Assembly (NCBI GenBank): GCA_965216635.1 | Contig: OZ244188.1 | Location: 1,600,001-1,664,000, forward strand | DNA length: 64,000 nucleotides | From: a bacterium | GTDB taxonomy: Bacteria; SAR324; XYD2-FULL-50-16; G965216635 | Reading direction: 5' to 3' | Shown: one piece after another, positions 20,459 through 31,091 of the stretch | Layout of the letters: the number at the start of each line of letters is the position of its first letter | How positions within the stretch are numbered: the first letter of the stretch is position 1 | Made by a program: the position numbers and the translations under genes | Notes under the pieces: generated by a model | What the model was told of the DNA's origin: nothing | Databases searched by the model: none | What the model saw: only the letters and a program-made list of their open reading frames with translations

Positions 20459-21271
20459 CTAACCAAATTCAGCAAACACAGGACAATGATCCGAAGGTCT
20501 GCCACCCGCTCGTAAATCATAGTCAATTTCTGCGCTTTGGCAATTTTCCATTAGAGGTTTTGTGACCCAAATATGATCAATCCTTAAACCTCTTTTTGGA
20601 TTATATTCAAACCCTCTGCTACGGTAATCAAACCAGCTAAATCTATCGCTAACATCAGGGTTCAATTCACGGTAAGTATCGTAAAAACCTAAATTTTTTA
20701 ATCTTTGAATAAGCTCTCTTTCTTCGGGTAAAAAACTACACTTTCCCGTCTTTAACCATCGCAAACGATTTTCTTCGCCAATACCTATATCTTTATCTTC
20801 GGGAGAAATATTCAAATCCCCCATAACTAAAACTTTGCCTTTTTTAAGGTCATAGTTGTTTTCAAGGTCTTTTAGAAAATCTTCATAAAATTTCATTTTA
20901 TAGGGGAATTTTCTCTCGTTGTCTCTATTTTCTCCTTGCGGAAAATAACCATTGCAGACTACCAATCCATCTTTGTGGGTAGTAATAATCATCCTTCTTT
21001 GGTTTATTTCTCCTTGTTTTTGTCCAGAAAAATCGTAATCTACAGATACTGATTCTTGTTTCACTAGGGTGGCTACTCCGTGATAGCTTTTCTGTCCGTT
21101 AATGTAGAGAATGTAACCTAGTTCCTCAAATTCTTGGCGAGGAAAAACATCGTTTGTTACTTTGATTTCTTGAAATCCAGCAATATCTGGCTGGTGTATT
21201 TTGAGGAATGAAATAATGTTCTCCATACGGGAGCGAACACTATTGATATTGAAACTCATTACTTTTAGCAT
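20459..21271 (-). CDS. xth: Exodeoxyribonuclease III
   Basis: SFNINS, QEIK, GQKSYHGVA, GDLN, GLRIDH and PSDHCPV motifs. Confidence 0.95.
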   Translation of the reverse strand: MLKVMSFNINSVRSRMENIISFLKIHQPDIAGFQEIKVTNDVFPRQEFEELGYILYINGQKSYHGVATLVKQESVSVDYDFSGQKQGEINQRRMIITTHKDGLVVCNGYFPQGENRDNERKFPYKMKFYEDFLKDLENNYDLKKGKVLVMGDLNISPEDKDIGIGEENRLRWLKTGKCSFLPEERELIQRLKNLGFYDTYRELNPDVSDRFSWFDYRSRGFEYNPKRGLRIDHIWVTKPLMENCQSAEIDYDLRAGGRPSDHCPVFAEFG

Positions 21272-21316
21272 TTTAAAAATCTAAAAATATTTTCTTGTTT
21301 GAAGAGTAAAGAAGGT

Positions 21317-21475
21317 TTATTTTTCTTTATAAATTTGGTTTAGCAATTTATCATAATAATTTTTACCTCTCCAAAACATAAGACTTTCACCTCCAAATCG
21401 TATTTTAGGTGGAATAGGAGCCTCTGGGATCTTATTTTTTGTTTTTTTACTTTGTTTAGAATTTATTAGTTTCAT
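21317..21475 (-). CDS. Small ORF, 52 aa (MKLINSKQ...PIPPKIRFGGESLMFW...), not in ORF track
   Basis: Hand-translated; near-identical paralog at 22333-22488. Confidence 0.55.
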   Translation of the reverse strand: MKLINSKQSKKTKNKIPEAPIPPKIRFGGESLMFWRGKNYYDKLLNQIYKEK

Positions 21476-21578
21476 TTTTTTACTTGTTATTAGTAATTTT
21501 GAATTATTGTAAATTTTACATACAATATTTTATTTTCAAACATTAAAAATAAGTTTGCTTGATTCAAAATTATTATTT

Positions 21579-21746
21579 TTAATTGTCTCCATTGTCTGAA
21601 TTTTTTTTAGGTTTAACACTTTCGTTATACTGTCTTATTCGAGGTTCAGGCACGTCTTTTTCTGGTTCTTTTTCTCTATTATCAGTCGGTTTTGTTTCTG
21701 GTTTTTTTTCCCTATTATCAGTCGGTTTTGTTTCTTCATTATCCAT
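21579..21746 (-). CDS. Small charged ORF, 55 aa (MDNEETKP...PEPRIRQYNESVK...), not in ORF track
   Basis: Hand-translated; in-frame 36-bp duplication; upstream region is homologous to those of 22713 and 23266. Confidence 0.65.
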   Translation of the reverse strand: MDNEETKPTDNREKKPETKPTDNREKEPEKDVPEPRIRQYNESVKPKKNSDNGDN

Positions 21747-21796
21747 TGTTATATTTATATTAAGTTAATATTACTAGTTTTTATGAAATTATGAAA

Positions 21797-22357
21797 TCAT
21801 AAATTAATAAAACTAGCAAGATATTTATATAAAACAATTATTTTATCTTCCTTTATATAAAAATTATAAATAAAAGAAATTAATACTAATGCAGCAAAGC
21901 CAGTTCCACAGGCATTGGCTATAAGTAAATCTGTTGCTCTTTTTTCATTTACTTTTGCATTTTGAGTTGCTGCATTTGCGTATTGTTTATTTAAAAAATC
22001 AGTAAATTTTTGTTCATTAAAGCTACCAGATTCTTGTAATTTTATTTTATACTCTAATATTTCTTCTGAAAAAGCTGCGTAGCTATAGCAATTAAAAGTA
22101 AAACTTTTAGCTAGAAAATATATAGAACATATTAAAACACAGGTTAAGCAGAAAATAAATAAAATTTCTAAAGGTAATTGGTTTTCCTCAGAATGATCAA
22201 GTAATCTTAAAAGGATCGCAGACATAGGTATCAACAAAACAAATAAAAAATTTGCTCTTTGATATAATCTAAATTTTTCTTCTAGTTCAAAATAATAATT
22301 ACTTTTCAAGGTGTCTAATAGTTTGCTGTCTACTAATTCTTGTGTGTTGTTTTGCAT
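21797..22357 (-). CDS. Hypothetical 3-TM membrane protein, paralog B
   Basis: Three hydrophobic segments; shares LDTL..YYF..EKFRL.QRA.FLFVLL.PM with 23296-23844. Confidence 0.8.
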   Translation of the reverse strand: MQNNTQELVDSKLLDTLKSNYYFELEEKFRLYQRANFLFVLLIPMSAILLRLLDHSEENQLPLEILFIFCLTCVLICSIYFLAKSFTFNCYSYAAFSEEILEYKIKLQESGSFNEQKFTDFLNKQYANAATQNAKVNEKRATDLLIANACGTGFAALVLISFIYNFYIKEDKIIVLYKYLASFINL

Positions 22358-22488
22358 AAAATTAAAATAAAATTTTTACCTCTCCAAAACATAAGACTTT
22401 CACCTCCGAATCGTATTTTAGGTGGAATAGGAACCTTCTGGTTCTCATTTTTTGTTTTTTTACTTTGTTTAGAATTTATTAGTTTCAT
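22333..22488 (-). CDS. Small ORF, 51 aa (MKLINSKQ...PIPPKIRFGGESLMFW...), not in ORF track
   Basis: Hand-translated; paralog of 21317-21475; overlaps the start of the 3-TM gene. Confidence 0.5.
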   Translation of the reverse strand: MKLINSKQSKKTKNENQKVPIPPKIRFGGESLMFWRGKNFILILCKTTHKN

Positions 22489-22542
22489 TCTTTCATCTTT
22501 CAAACTACAAAGTTTTAGTTCTCTGAATTCTTCTTACCAATC

Positions 22543-22713
22543 CTAAGAGTCAGTTTCTGCATCGTCTCTGGTAACACTTACTGAATCATCCTTAGTAACG
22601 CTTTCATATATATATTCTACCTTGAGAGAATCAGAATTTTGTGAAGATTCAGAGATTTCGTGTGCTCCACCGCTTGTTTCGTCACTAGTGTCTTTTGTTT
22701 CTTCGTTATTCAT
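22543..22713 (-). CDS. Small acidic ORF, 56 aa (MNNEETKD...EYIYESVT...), not in ORF track
   Basis: Hand-translated; N-terminus and leader are homologous to 21579-21746. Confidence 0.65.
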   Translation of the reverse strand: MNNEETKDTSDETSGGAHEISESSQNSDSLKVEYIYESVTKDDSVSVTRDDAETDS

Positions 22714-22761
22714 TGTTAAATATTAATATTATTAGTTTTTATACTAATCATAAACAAAAAA

Positions 22762-22965
22762 TCACCCTTTATCCCTACCAAAACCTTCGCCCCAAGATTC
22801 TATTAAATCAAAATTTTTAATAGTATTTACGGTGGTATTTTTTTCGCTGGAAGTTTTTTTACCCAATAAAGAATGCTCAAGATTTTTAAAAATTTCTTGG
22901 GCTGTTTCTTCTGTTATTTCATCTTGTTGCTCTTGTGTTTCTTTTTCACTCATTACTTTTAGCAT
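22762..22965 (-). CDS. Small ORF, 67 aa, starting with a copy of the xth 5' end
   Basis: 36 bp identical to 21254-21289 (MLKVMS start); FDLIESW near the C-terminus. Confidence 0.55.
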   Translation of the reverse strand: MLKVMSEKETQEQQDEITEETAQEIFKNLEHSLLGKKTSSEKNTTVNTIKNFDLIESWGEGFGRDKG

Positions 22966-23026
22966 TTTAAAAATCTAAAAATAATTTAATTTTAGATGAA
23001 ATAATTTGGTTTTAAGCTGCTTTTTC

Positions 23027-23266
23027 CTAATTTTCTGAACTCTTTTCAGTAACGCTCTCATTTACTGTAGTGGTTCTTCTATGTTTTTTTTTATCATCAC
23101 TTTGAAAGTTAAAACCATCCCACTTGTCTGTTCCTAATTGAGATTTTTCATCACTTTGAAAGTTAAAACCATCCCACTTGTCTGTTCCTAATTGAGATTT
23201 TTCATCAGGTTCAAAATCACCCAGTAAATCCTCTTCACTAGAAGATTGTTTTTTTTTATCGTCCAT
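23027..23266 (-). CDS. Small charged ORF, 79 aa, with an 18-aa internal duplication
   Basis: (DEKSQLGTDKWDGFNFQS)x2; ends TTTVNESVTEK. Confidence 0.65.
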   Translation of the reverse strand: MDDKKKQSSSEEDLLGDFEPDEKSQLGTDKWDGFNFQSDEKSQLGTDKWDGFNFQSDDKKKHRRTTTVNESVTEKSSEN

Positions 23267-23295
23267 TATTAAATTTATATTAAAGGTTGATATTT

Positions 23296-23844
23296 TTAGA
23301 AAATTATAAATTCAAAAAATTTATAAAAATCGTCATAAACAAGATTAAAATACCAGTTTTTGATAAAAGTGTAAATAAAAAAAACTAATAAAGTAATTGC
23401 AAAAAAAGCAACATTAAGATGCGCCCACCATAAATACCTAGATCTTTTACTGATAATTTCTTGATTATTAATAATAGCTTCTTGATATTCTAGAGCTAAT
23501 TCTTTTACTATTTTTTCTTTATATTTATTATAGTATTGTAATAGCTTATCAGGAGATTCTAGATGAAAATAAAAACGAATCAAAATACTCATCAATAAGA
23601 AAATTACAGAAGAAAATAGAGAACCTGTTAAAAGAAATAGAAAGATAAATTCAAAAAATCTGGGAGTTTCATAAGTTTTGAATAATTGAAACAGAATAGC
23701 AAACATAGGTACCAACAAAACAAATAAAAAACTTGCCCTTTGAAAAAGCCTGAATTTTTCTCCTAAAAAAAAGTAATACTGTCTTCTTAGTGTGTCTAGG
23801 AACTCCTTTGCTGCAAATTCTCGTCTAGATATTTGTTTTTGCAT
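23296..23844 (-). CDS. Hypothetical 3-TM membrane protein, paralog A
   Basis: Three hydrophobic segments; paralog of 21797-22357 with the same leader sequence. Confidence 0.8.
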   Translation of the reverse strand: MQKQISRREFAAKEFLDTLRRQYYFFLGEKFRLFQRASFLFVLLVPMFAILFQLFKTYETPRFFEFIFLFLLTGSLFSSVIFLLMSILIRFYFHLESPDKLLQYYNKYKEKIVKELALEYQEAIINNQEIISKRSRYLWWAHLNVAFFAITLLVFFIYTFIKNWYFNLVYDDFYKFFEFIIF

Positions 23845-23891
23845 AAAATTAAAATAAAACTTTTAAATTGCAGGTGCTGAAATTTGCGTTA

Positions 23892-24638
23892 TTATTTAGA
23901 ACTGAGAAGAGCTTTGTGGTGTTCTTGATTGAGTAGGAATATATTTTTGACACTAATTTCTTTAGGACAGGATGCTTCGCATTCTCCTTGATTGGTACAG
24001 CTGCCAAAGCCTAATTCATCCATTTTCTTTACCATCTTTAAAACTCTAGACTTTCGTTCTACCTGTCCTTGCGGTAAAAGAGCAAGGTGCGCTACTTTTG
24101 CTGCTGTAAAAAGCATAGCGGAGGCATTTTTACAACTGGCAACACAAGCCCCACACCCGATGCATTGAGCCGCATCCATAGATAATTCTGCTGTTCTATG
24201 TGTTATAGGTATGGCGTTTCCGTCTATAACTCCGCCAGTATTGACAGAAACAAATCCACCGACTTGTATAAGTTTATCAAAAGCACTTCTGTCTACAACC
24301 AAATCTTTAATGACGGGAAAACTTTTTGCTCTCCAAGGTTCAATAGTAATTGTGCTGCCTCCTTTAAAACTTCTCATGTGAAGCTGACAAGTGGTCGTGC
24401 CTTTTACAGGACCGTGAGCTTTGCCATTGATAAAAAGTCCACACATACCGCAAATTCCTTCTCTGCAATCGCTATCAAATGCGACGGCTTCTTTTCTTTC
24501 ACTGACGAGTTTATTATTCAAAAAATCCAACATTTCCAAAAAAGACATATTTTCAGAAATATCGTCCAGCGTATGTTTTTCAAATTTTCCTTTTGTTTCT
24601 TTATTTTTCTGTCTCCAGATTTTTAAATTAATTTTCAT
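23892..24638 (-). CDS. sdhB: Succinate dehydrogenase/fumarate reductase Fe-S subunit
   Basis: [17 protein letters not shown] and [12 protein letters not shown] motifs. Confidence 0.93.
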   Translation of the reverse strand: MKINLKIWRQKNKETKGKFEKHTLDDISENMSFLEMLDFLNNKLVSERKEAVAFDSDCREGICGMCGLFINGKAHGPVKGTTTCQLHMRSFKGGSTITIEPWRAKSFPVIKDLVVDRSAFDKLIQVGGFVSVNTGGVIDGNAIPITHRTAELSMDAAQCIGCGACVASCKNASAMLFTAAKVAHLALLPQGQVERKSRVLKMVKKMDELGFGSCTNQGECEASCPKEISVKNIFLLNQEHHKALLSSK

Positions 24639-24640
24639 TT

Positions 24641-26578
24641 TTACTTGTAGCTTCTTTGAGTTAATTCCACATTCTCAAATTCTAAATTTTCTTTATGCAG
24701 AGTAGGAGTTTTTCCTACACCTTTAAATTCCCAAGCTGCCACATAAGAATAATTTTTATCGTTGCGTAAAGCTTCATTAGTCTTTGTTTGGTATTCTTCG
24801 CGGAAATGTCCGCCGCACGATTCATTTCTGTCCAAGGCGTCCAAAACCATCGTTTGAGCAAACTCTAAATAGTCAGCAACTCTACCAGCCTTTTCTAATT
24901 CTTTATTCAAATCTTCTGATACGCCTACTACTTGTAATTCTTTCCAAAATCTTGTGCTCAGCTCTTTTATTTTTTTCTGGGATGTTTTTAAATTCTTAGC
25001 GTTTCTTGACATACCACAGTTATCCCAAAGTATTTTTCCCAGTTCTTTATGAAAATAATCTGTGGGGACACTTCCTTGAATTTGAAGTAACAGTTGGATT
25101 TTTTCTTTAACTTCTTTTTCTGCCTTATCAAAAGCGGGATGGCTTGTAGAAATTTCTTCGTCCCTAGGCTCATCAGCAAGATAACCTCCAATAGTATAGG
25201 GTAAAATAAAATATCCATCAGCCAAGCCTTGCATCAAAGCACTAGCTCCTAAACGGTTTGCTCCGTGGTCTGAAAAATTTGCTTCTCCTAAAACAAAGAG
25301 TCCGTCAATGGTGCTCATTAAATTGTAATCTACCCACAAACCTCCCATAGTATAGTGGATGGCAGGATAGATCCGCATTGGAGTATGGTAAGGGTTTTCA
25401 TTTGTAATATGGTGATAAATATCAAAAAGATTGCCGTATTTTTCTTTGATTTGAGATATGCCTAGTCTTTTAATGGCGTCTTGAAAATCAAGATAAACTG
25501 CGAGCCCTGTATTTCCTACGCCCTTGCCTTCATCGCAAGCTTGTTTTGCGTTTCTGGAAGCCACATCCCTAGGTACTAGGTTACCAAAAGAAGGATACTT
25601 TCTTTCCAAATAATAATCTCTTTCATTTTCTGGGATTTGGTGAGGATCTCTAGTATCTTCCTTTTTTGCGGGAACCCAAACTCTACCGTCATTTCTCAAA
25701 CTTTCGCTCATCAAGGTAAGTTTAGATTGATAATCCCCTGAAATAGGAATGCAAGTAGGATGAATCTGTGTGAAACAGGGATTAGCAAAAAAAGCTCCTT
25801 TCTTATGAGCTCTCCAGCTAGCTGTTACATTAGAGCCCACTGCGTTGGTAGATAGAAAAAATGCATTGCTGTAGCCTCCCGTCGCCAAACATACAGCACT
25901 AGCAGAAAATCTTTCTATTTCTCCGTTAAGAAGATTGCGACAAATAATTCCTTTTGCTTTTCCTTCAATCAATACCAGTTCTAACATTTCACGGCGATCG
26001 TACATCTTCACTTTTCCTAGTCCAATCTGCCGACTCAAAGCACTGTAGGCTCCCAATAAAAGTTGTTGCCCCGTTTGTCCTCTAGCGTAAAAAGTTCTGG
26101 AAACTTGAGCTCCACCAAAGGAGCGATTAGATAAATTTCCTCCATATTCTCTAGCAAAAGGAACGCCTTGAGCAACGCATTGATCTATAATGCTAGTGCT
26201 TACTTGTGCTAAACGATAAACATTTGCTTCTCGGGAGCGATAATCTCCACCTTTAATGGTGTCGTAAAAAAGACGAAAAACGCTGTCGCCATCGTTTTGG
26301 TAATTTTTAGCAGCGTTAATTCCTCCTTGGGCTGCTATGCTGTGGGCTCTGCGTGGACTATCTTGAAAACAAAAACACAAAACTTGGTAGCCTAATTCTG
26401 CTAAAGAAGCGGCAGCAGATGCTCCAGCCAAACCGCTACCAACAACAATCACTTTGTATTTCCGCTTGTTTGCTGGGTTGACCAATTTGAGATTAAACTT
26501 ATGCTGATCCCATTTATCTTTGAGAGCTCCTGCTGGAACTTGAGATTTTAATTTAGGGTTGGTTTTAATTTTAGCCAT
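24641..26578 (-). CDS. sdhA: Succinate dehydrogenase/fumarate reductase flavoprotein
   Basis: [25 protein letters not shown] and HGANRLG motifs. Confidence 0.95.
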   Translation of the reverse strand: MAKIKTNPKLKSQVPAGALKDKWDQHKFNLKLVNPANKRKYKVIVVGSGLAGASAAASLAELGYQVLCFCFQDSPRRAHSIAAQGGINAAKNYQNDGDSVFRLFYDTIKGGDYRSREANVYRLAQVSTSIIDQCVAQGVPFAREYGGNLSNRSFGGAQVSRTFYARGQTGQQLLLGAYSALSRQIGLGKVKMYDRREMLELVLIEGKAKGIICRNLLNGEIERFSASAVCLATGGYSNAFFLSTNAVGSNVTASWRAHKKGAFFANPCFTQIHPTCIPISGDYQSKLTLMSESLRNDGRVWVPAKKEDTRDPHQIPENERDYYLERKYPSFGNLVPRDVASRNAKQACDEGKGVGNTGLAVYLDFQDAIKRLGISQIKEKYGNLFDIYHHITNENPYHTPMRIYPAIHYTMGGLWVDYNLMSTIDGLFVLGEANFSDHGANRLGASALMQGLADGYFILPYTIGGYLADEPRDEEISTSHPAFDKAEKEVKEKIQLLLQIQGSVPTDYFHKELGKILWDNCGMSRNAKNLKTSQKKIKELSTRFWKELQVVGVSEDLNKELEKAGRVADYLEFAQTMVLDALDRNESCGGHFREEYQTKTNEALRNDKNYSYVAAWEFKGVGKTPTLHKENLEFENVELTQRSYK

Positions 26579-26587
26579 AGGGATGTT

Positions 26588-27238
26588 TTAAAAAAATTTT
26601 TGTAATAGATAAAAATAAACAGGAAAACTACCAAAGCCTAGTGTGATAACTAAAGCAAATAAAGAGCTAATACGAGAAATATTTTTGTTTGTTTGAGAAA
26701 TCAAACCAAGGGTATGAAAGGCACTTTTTAAAGCATGGTTTAAGTGTAGCCCTAAAAATATCATAGCAACCACATAAAGTGCAGAATACCAAAGATCTGC
26801 AAACCGAAGTAAGACTAAATCGTAGAGAGTATTTTCGGTTTGATTGTCCCAATTTCCAAATTTGAAAGTATAAATATGCAAAACCAAAAAAGATAAAATC
26901 AAAAGCCCACTAAGAGCCATATAGGTAGAATTAGTTTTTTGTTTGCCTTTTAGTAGTTGTTTGTTGTAGTTTTTTCCCTTAGCAATTCTATTTTTTCTTG
27001 TTAAACTCATAGCTGTCCAAACATGCACTAACAAAGCAAGAATAAGAATTGCTTCTGCTACATAAATCAAATCTGTGCTGGTAAATATATCAGAATAAGT
27101 ATTAAATTCTTCTCTACCAACATAAAGCAAAAAATTACCACTTAAATGACTCACCAAAAAACCTACATAAAGCAATCCAGAAAGAGCCATCAAGATCTTT
27201 TGTCCAATAGAACTACGAAATAATAAAAGTATTTGCAT
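26588..27238 (-). CDS. sdhC: Succinate dehydrogenase cytochrome b subunit (single 5-TM type)
   Basis: SSIGQKILMALSG, heme-ligand His residues and operon position. Confidence 0.88.
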   Translation of the reverse strand: MQILLLFRSSIGQKILMALSGLLYVGFLVSHLSGNFLLYVGREEFNTYSDIFTSTDLIYVAEAILILALLVHVWTAMSLTRKNRIAKGKNYNKQLLKGKQKTNSTYMALSGLLILSFLVLHIYTFKFGNWDNQTENTLYDLVLLRFADLWYSALYVVAMIFLGLHLNHALKSAFHTLGLISQTNKNISRISSLFALVITLGFGSFPVYFYLLQKFF

Positions 27239-27377
27239 AATAAATAATTCAAATCATTGTTTGATTTAACAAGTCTCTCAATAAAACTATAAAATAAAAA
27301 ATAAAGCAAGTGCTAAATTAAAATTCTCATCAATTTTCTAAAAAATCTTGTTAGAGAAAAACAGCAAATAATTCCAT

Positions 27378-29324
27378 TTAAACTGAATTTTGAAAAAAAC
27401 TATAGATAGTTTTAGCATCTTTTTTTGTAAGAAAAGAAGCAGATTGTAGGGTTTCTAGGGAGCTATGTTTGATATTTTCTATATTTTTAAACTGCAGTAA
27501 AAGTTTTTTCCGTTTTATAGCGCCTATGCCATCTAGTGCTTGTAAAGGGGAAGATAAACTCTTTTTTGTTCTTTGCAGGCGATGAAATTGGATTGCAAAG
27601 CGGTGGGCTTCGTCGCGGATTTTTTTAAAAAAGAGTAAAACTTCAGCATTTTTAGGAAAATAAATAGGATTTTTTTGTTCTGGTTTTAAGAGGTATTCAA
27701 AATCTTGTTCTGAGTTTTGTTGTTTGGATTGATAATTTTCAGAAATAAAAGAATTTTTGAAACTGCCCGATCCAGTATTTTTACCCGATCTATCATATTT
27801 GGCACTTCTCCCTTTAGCAATAGCAATTAAATCCATTTTTTCTAAAGGCATTTTCATTTCTTTTGCAAGAGCATAAACGGCACCAAGTTGCCCTTTCCCT
27901 CCGTCTAATACTGTTAAATCAGGCAATGTTTGTTTTTTTTCTAGGTAATTATTCCAACGACGACTTAAAACTTCCCGCATACTCAAAACATCGTCTATAC
28001 CTTCTACTGTTTTGATTTTGTATTTACGATAATCTTTTTTGCATAGTTGGTTGTTTTCCATAACTACCATAGACGCCACAGAATTTTTTCCTTGAATATT
28101 GGATATATCAAAACACTCCACTTTGTAAGGTATATTTTTTAGGCGGAGTTTTTGCTGTATTTTTTTTAAGATTTGTCTGTGATAAAGTTCTTGATTGAGA
28201 TGAAGTTGCATGTTGTTTTCTGCATTTTCTAAACACATTTTCAACATTCTTTTTTTTTCTCCTTTTTGAGGAACAATAATTTTTATAGGGTGGTTTTTCT
28301 TTGCAAAGTATTCTTCCAATCCTTTGCCTAAAATAGATTGTGAAAGGCAATCTACAGATAAAATAATTTCGGAAGGCACAACGTTCTCTTTTCCTAGATA
28401 GAGTTTAGAAAAAATTGTCCTTAAAAGCTCTTCGTCGCTATAACGAGATGCATCTTGGATATAAAAAAAATCACTGCCTAATAGAATACCAGAGCGTACA
28501 AACAAAAGCTGAATACCTGCTTGATCTTCTTTTCTTAAAATAGAAATCAAATCTCTATGAATTTTTTTTTTAGAAAGAACAACTTGTTTTGCGCTTGTAT
28601 TTTGAATGGTTAAAATTTGATCCTTTATTTCTGCGGCTTCTTCGTATTCAAAGTTTGTGGATTTTTGTTTCATTTCTTCTTGCAATTCCTTGATAATATT
28701 GCTGGAATTGCCTTTAAGAATATGGATGAGATGCAATACCATTTTACGATATTTTTTTGTATCTACTTGCCCATTGCAAGGAGCCCAGCATTTTCCCATT
28801 TGAAAGTTTAGACAAGGACGATAGGTTTTTGTGCCGTCTAATTTCATTTTGCTGGTGCGTAAAGGAAATTTTTTTCTTAAAGTTTCTATGATAAATTTTG
28901 CGTCCTTAGCGGAAGTGTAGGGACCAAAATAATGAGATTTTTTTTCTTGAATTTCTCTGGTGAGAGTCATTCTAGGGTATATTTCCGATGTAGAAATTTT
29001 AATGTAGGGATAACTTTTATCATCTCTAAGACGAACATTATATTTTGGTTTATTTTTCTTTATCATCTGATCTTCTAAAACCAAAGCATCCGATTCGCTT
29101 AAAGTAACGAGCCAATCTAAGTCTTCGCTTTTTCGCAGTAACTCATTTAATCTATTGTTGTTTTGAGGAGTAAAATAACTCTTGACTCTTTTTTGGATAT
29201 TTTTTGCTTTGCCGATGTAGAGAATGCGGTTGTTTTTATCTTTGTAGTAATAAATTCCGATTGCTTGCGGTATCTTTGCTAATTTTTCTTTAATTTTAAG
29301 CTTGTTGTCTAAAAGAGTATTCAT
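27378..29324 (-). CDS. uvrC: Excinuclease ABC subunit C
   Basis: GIY..YIGKAKN, DDKSYPY, ECFDIS, DGGKGQ, RDEAHRFA and HhH motifs. Confidence 0.95.
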   Translation of the reverse strand: MNTLLDNKLKIKEKLAKIPQAIGIYYYKDKNNRILYIGKAKNIQKRVKSYFTPQNNNRLNELLRKSEDLDWLVTLSESDALVLEDQMIKKNKPKYNVRLRDDKSYPYIKISTSEIYPRMTLTREIQEKKSHYFGPYTSAKDAKFIIETLRKKFPLRTSKMKLDGTKTYRPCLNFQMGKCWAPCNGQVDTKKYRKMVLHLIHILKGNSSNIIKELQEEMKQKSTNFEYEEAAEIKDQILTIQNTSAKQVVLSKKKIHRDLISILRKEDQAGIQLLFVRSGILLGSDFFYIQDASRYSDEELLRTIFSKLYLGKENVVPSEIILSVDCLSQSILGKGLEEYFAKKNHPIKIIVPQKGEKKRMLKMCLENAENNMQLHLNQELYHRQILKKIQQKLRLKNIPYKVECFDISNIQGKNSVASMVVMENNQLCKKDYRKYKIKTVEGIDDVLSMREVLSRRWNNYLEKKQTLPDLTVLDGGKGQLGAVYALAKEMKMPLEKMDLIAIAKGRSAKYDRSGKNTGSGSFKNSFISENYQSKQQNSEQDFEYLLKPEQKNPIYFPKNAEVLLFFKKIRDEAHRFAIQFHRLQRTKKSLSSPLQALDGIGAIKRKKLLLQFKNIENIKHSSLETLQSASFLTKKDAKTIYSFFQNSV

Positions 29325-29337
29325 AAAGCAAAAAGAT

Positions 29338-30408
29338 TTATTTCTGTAGATACCCCTCCTTCACAAACTGCACAAATGTCAAAAACATTGTAATAATAAT
29401 AGGACCATAGAAAATACCTAATGCTCCAAAATAAGAAAGTCCTCCAATAATCCCAAGTAACAATAACAAGGAATCAATTTGCAATCTTTTGCCAATAAAT
29501 TTCGGTTTATAAACATTTTCCACAACTAAAGAAATAATGTTACAGCCTGCAAAAACTACAATTGCCCCAACCCATTTACCTACTATCAATAGGTAGATAG
29601 TTGCAGGGATAAAAATAAAGGACATTCCAATGATAGGAATAAAAGCTAAAACAGACATAATCGCAGTCCATAAGACCACAGTTTCAATGCCGGCTATCCA
29701 AAAAAGAATTCCAGCTAATCCTCCCTGTAAAATTCCTCCTAATCCATTACAAACAAGAGTCACATAGTTCATTTGGTTAAACTTTCTAAAAGTTATATCT
29801 ACTACACTATCGGGTAGAGGAATAATTTTACCTAAAAACTCACGGATATATTTCCCGTTTTTCAATAAAGAATAAGTAAATAAAAGCATGATAATAAACT
29901 GAAATAAAAATAAAAGAATATTACCAATCAAACCTTTTACAAGGGTATTAAGGGTATTGAAAATCGCACCAGCTGCGTTTTTAGCTGCGGTGATTAAAAA
30001 AGCTTCTAGCTCCAGGTAAGATTCTGCTATTCCTAGATAATCCAAAGCTTTCCTTGCATTAACAGGTATAATTCCATCGCCTTGATAAAATTCTTTTAAG
30101 ATCTGACTACTATGAGAAATATTTTCTGCAGTAATGTATTGTGAAAAAACAAGGAGTTCTTGGCTTATTTGATAAACTAGATAAACAAAAGGTGCAAAAA
30201 TTCCTAAGGTGACAGCTATACAAATAATAATACTAGTTATTTGTTCAGATAGCTTAAACTTCTCGTGCAACATATTCATCAACGGATGAAATATTCCCGC
30301 AATAATAAGTGCAAATATAATAGCGTGCTTAAAGGGCCAAGCAATCGCAAAGATTAGTATAGTAAAAACCAGAAATACGATAAATACAGCTAATTTATCT
30401 AGTTTCAT
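29338..30408 (-). CDS. AI-2E family transporter
   Basis: Multi-TM; FIPIIG, ENVYKPKFIG and GGLSYFGALGIFYGP motifs. Confidence 0.85.
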   Translation of the reverse strand: MKLDKLAVFIVFLVFTILIFAIAWPFKHAIIFALIIAGIFHPLMNMLHEKFKLSEQITSIIICIAVTLGIFAPFVYLVYQISQELLVFSQYITAENISHSSQILKEFYQGDGIIPVNARKALDYLGIAESYLELEAFLITAAKNAAGAIFNTLNTLVKGLIGNILLFLFQFIIMLLFTYSLLKNGKYIREFLGKIIPLPDSVVDITFRKFNQMNYVTLVCNGLGGILQGGLAGILFWIAGIETVVLWTAIMSVLAFIPIIGMSFIFIPATIYLLIVGKWVGAIVVFAGCNIISLVVENVYKPKFIGKRLQIDSLLLLLGIIGGLSYFGALGIFYGPIIITMFLTFVQFVKEGYLQK

Positions 30409-30411
30409 TTT

Positions 30412-31068
30412 TTAGGTAGGTAGAGGTGGAGCTACATCTCTGTAGAGTGTTATTTTTTCTTGTTTGAGAGCTCTTTTCACACTAGATCTTTCCGCTACTC
30501 GCTCCATAAATCTAGCAAGGTTGGGGTATGCTTTAGTCGGTTTTTCTGCGAGATTGCCCCATCTTCCATAATTGAACAAACAAATATCACAAATTTGAAT
30601 TTCGTCCCCATTAAGATAATTCCTATCTTTTAAAAAAACGTCCAAGTTGGTAAAATGCTCCTCTATTTCTTGATTGGTTTGTTTTTGGATAGCGGAAAAA
30701 TATTGTTTGTCAGCGAAAAAATAGTAAGGACGAAACAGTCGGATAAAATTAGTATGCAAAGATCCTAGAAAAAAAGCCATCCATTCCATCACATCCGATT
30801 TTTTTATAATATTGCTGCGCGGAAAAAAATTAGTTTCGGGGTGAACATCTGCTAGATAGCTCACAATCGCTAAAGTTTCCGTGATAGTTTTGTCGTTATG
30901 CACCAAGACAGGAATTTTCCCTTTCCCATTAATTTTACGAAATTCTTCGCTGTGTTGTTCTTCTGCTCTTAAATTGACAATTTTAGCCTCGTAATCTGCC
31001 TGTAATTCTTCCAAATAAATATGGGGAATCAGCGAACAGGATTGCGGAAAATAATAAAGTTTAAACAT
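30412..31068 (-). CDS. Glutathione S-transferase
   Basis: KLYYFPQSCSL, GKIPVL and ITETLAIVSYL motifs. Confidence 0.9.
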   Translation of the reverse strand: MFKLYYFPQSCSLIPHIYLEELQADYEAKIVNLRAEEQHSEEFRKINGKGKIPVLVHNDKTITETLAIVSYLADVHPETNFFPRSNIIKKSDVMEWMAFFLGSLHTNFIRLFRPYYFFADKQYFSAIQKQTNQEIEEHFTNLDVFLKDRNYLNGDEIQICDICLFNYGRWGNLAEKPTKAYPNLARFMERVAERSSVKRALKQEKITLYRDVAPPLPT

Positions 31069-31091
31069 AATTCAATAATTTTATTTAGATA

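Noticed and set aside
21583..22546. Plus-strand ORFs 21583-21768 and 22340-22546
   Set aside because: They are antisense to the minus-strand small ORFs, which have ATG starts, shared leaders and operon-consistent orientation.
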